Positions 63,303 through 64,000 of a stretch of 64,000 nucleotides of DNA are shown in pieces. A program made the position numbers and the translations under genes. Every line of letters begins with the position of its first letter. Positions within the stretch are counted from its first letter, which is position 1. The DNA lies in contig CAIVXG010000013.1 of the NCBI GenBank assembly GCA_903909815.1, positions 946 to 64,945 on the forward strand. The letters run 5' to 3'. The notes beneath the pieces are model-generated. The model saw nothing but the letters and a program-made list of their open reading frames with translations, had not been told where the DNA came from and did not search any database. The DNA is from an uncultured beta proteobacterium (GTDB taxonomy: Bacteria; Pseudomonadota; Gammaproteobacteria; Burkholderiales; Burkholderiaceae_C).

Positions 63303-64000
63303 ATGCCTATGGCGAAAGAAATGCTATCCACCGACGGTCTGATCCTGGACTTGCCTTCCTGGCTGAAGACGCCCGCCGGACGCTATCTTCTGGGCTGGGA
63401 GCAGGCGCAGCTGGATCGCGCGGTGGCCGATATCTTTGGCTTCAACGCATTGCAATTGGGTCTGCCGGAATTGGACGCGTTGCAGGCCAACCGCATGCCG
63501 CAGCGCTGGCTCGCCTGCGACAGCACACAGGCGGCGCAGTGGCCATCCCGCACGGCCTTGAGCACCGATTTCTCGGCCTTGCCATTCGCCACCGCCAGTC
63601 TGGACCTGGTGGTGCTGGCGCACGCTCTGGAGCTGCACCCCGACCCTCATGCCACGTTGCGCGAGGTGGAGCGGGTGCTGGTGCCGGAAGGGCGGGTGGT
63701 GATCTGTGGTTTCAATCCGAACGGGCTTTGGGCATGGCGCCAGCGCCGCGCGCACTGGACCCAGCATCTGGGCTTTGGCGAGCGCTTCCTGCCCGATGTG
63801 GGTCAATGGCTGGGCTACCGCCGATTGCGCGACTGGCTGCGGCTGCTGAGCTTTGAGGTTGAACTGCACCAGTATGGCTGCTATCGTCCAGCCATGCACA
63901 GCCTCACCTGGCTGGAGCGCTGCGCCTGGATGGACAAGGTGGGCGCACGCTGGTGGCCGATTTTCGGGTCAGTCTATTTCGTGGTCGCAGTCAAGCGCGT
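63303..64000 (+). CDS. class I SAM-dependent methyltransferase (5' partial, runs off the window)
   Basis: My own translation: M(PMAKEM)LSTDGLILDLPSWLKTPAGRYLLGWEQAQLDRAVADIFGFNALQLG ... LVVLAHALELHPDPHATLREVERVLVPEGRVVICGFNP. In-frame ATGs at 63303, 63309 and 63321. Not in the ORF track because there is no stop in the window. Confidence 0.65.
   Translation, partial: MPMAKEMLSTDGLILDLPSWLKTPAGRYLLGWEQAQLDRAVADIFGFNALQLGLPELDALQANRMPQRWLACDSTQAAQWPSRTALSTDFSALPFATASLDLVVLAHALELHPDPHATLREVERVLVPEGRVVICGFNPNGLWAWRQRRAHWTQHLGFGERFLPDVGQWLGYRRLRDWLRLLSFEVELHQYGCYRPAMHSLTWLERCAWMDKVGARWWPIFGSVYFVVAVKR

Overview
High-GC chromosomal core segment. Gene content and synteny look betaproteobacterial (Burkholderiales, Comamonadaceae-like); that assignment is inference. 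The window is densely packed with about 58 protein genes. I found no integrase, transposase or phage genes, no tRNA or rRNA, and no CRISPR array. Gene order, left to right: rmlC and a WecA-like sugar-phosphate transferase; class II (B12-dependent) ribonucleotide reductase nrdJ; a thiolase; glnD, a repeat array, then map; purL with a VanX-like dipeptidase; a divergent H+-PPase (hppA) / soluble PPase (ppa) pair; an EF-G paralog; an MCP; a COG3146 FemAB-like protein; nadE-glnB; a co-directional six-gene string (ECF sigma, DUF3619, DUF3106, RDD, dgkA, LOG); ilvIH-ilvC; a mini AraC-like ORF; pssA; a leucine leader/attenuator plus leuA; a PBP7-like endopeptidase; an IclR regulator; aat-bpt (N-degron transferases); tex; patatin, HD-GYP and PAS-GGDEF-EAL; an oxalate-catabolism cluster (porin, oxlT, Crp/Fnr regulator, oxc, frc, stand-alone PAS, second frc); tauE; a probable 6S RNA downstream of zapB-like and zapA; a cobalamin riboswitch plus btuB-btuF-btuC-btuD; nth; and the 5' part of a methyltransferase. 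I do not see a clear-cut novel multi-gene system such as a defence island. The most unusual observations are these. (1) A GC-rich palindromic REP-like repeat family fills the map-glnD spacer as a 45-bp tandem array and is also carried in-frame inside purL, together with a 174-bp duplication. (2) The oxalate cluster has duplicated frc genes separated by a stand-alone FixL-like PAS protein, and shares TTGAC-N4-GTCAA palindromes in its promoters. (3) The ECF-sigma string runs on into dgkA and a LOG gene. The many long antisense or out-of-frame ORFs in the track are high-GC artefacts.
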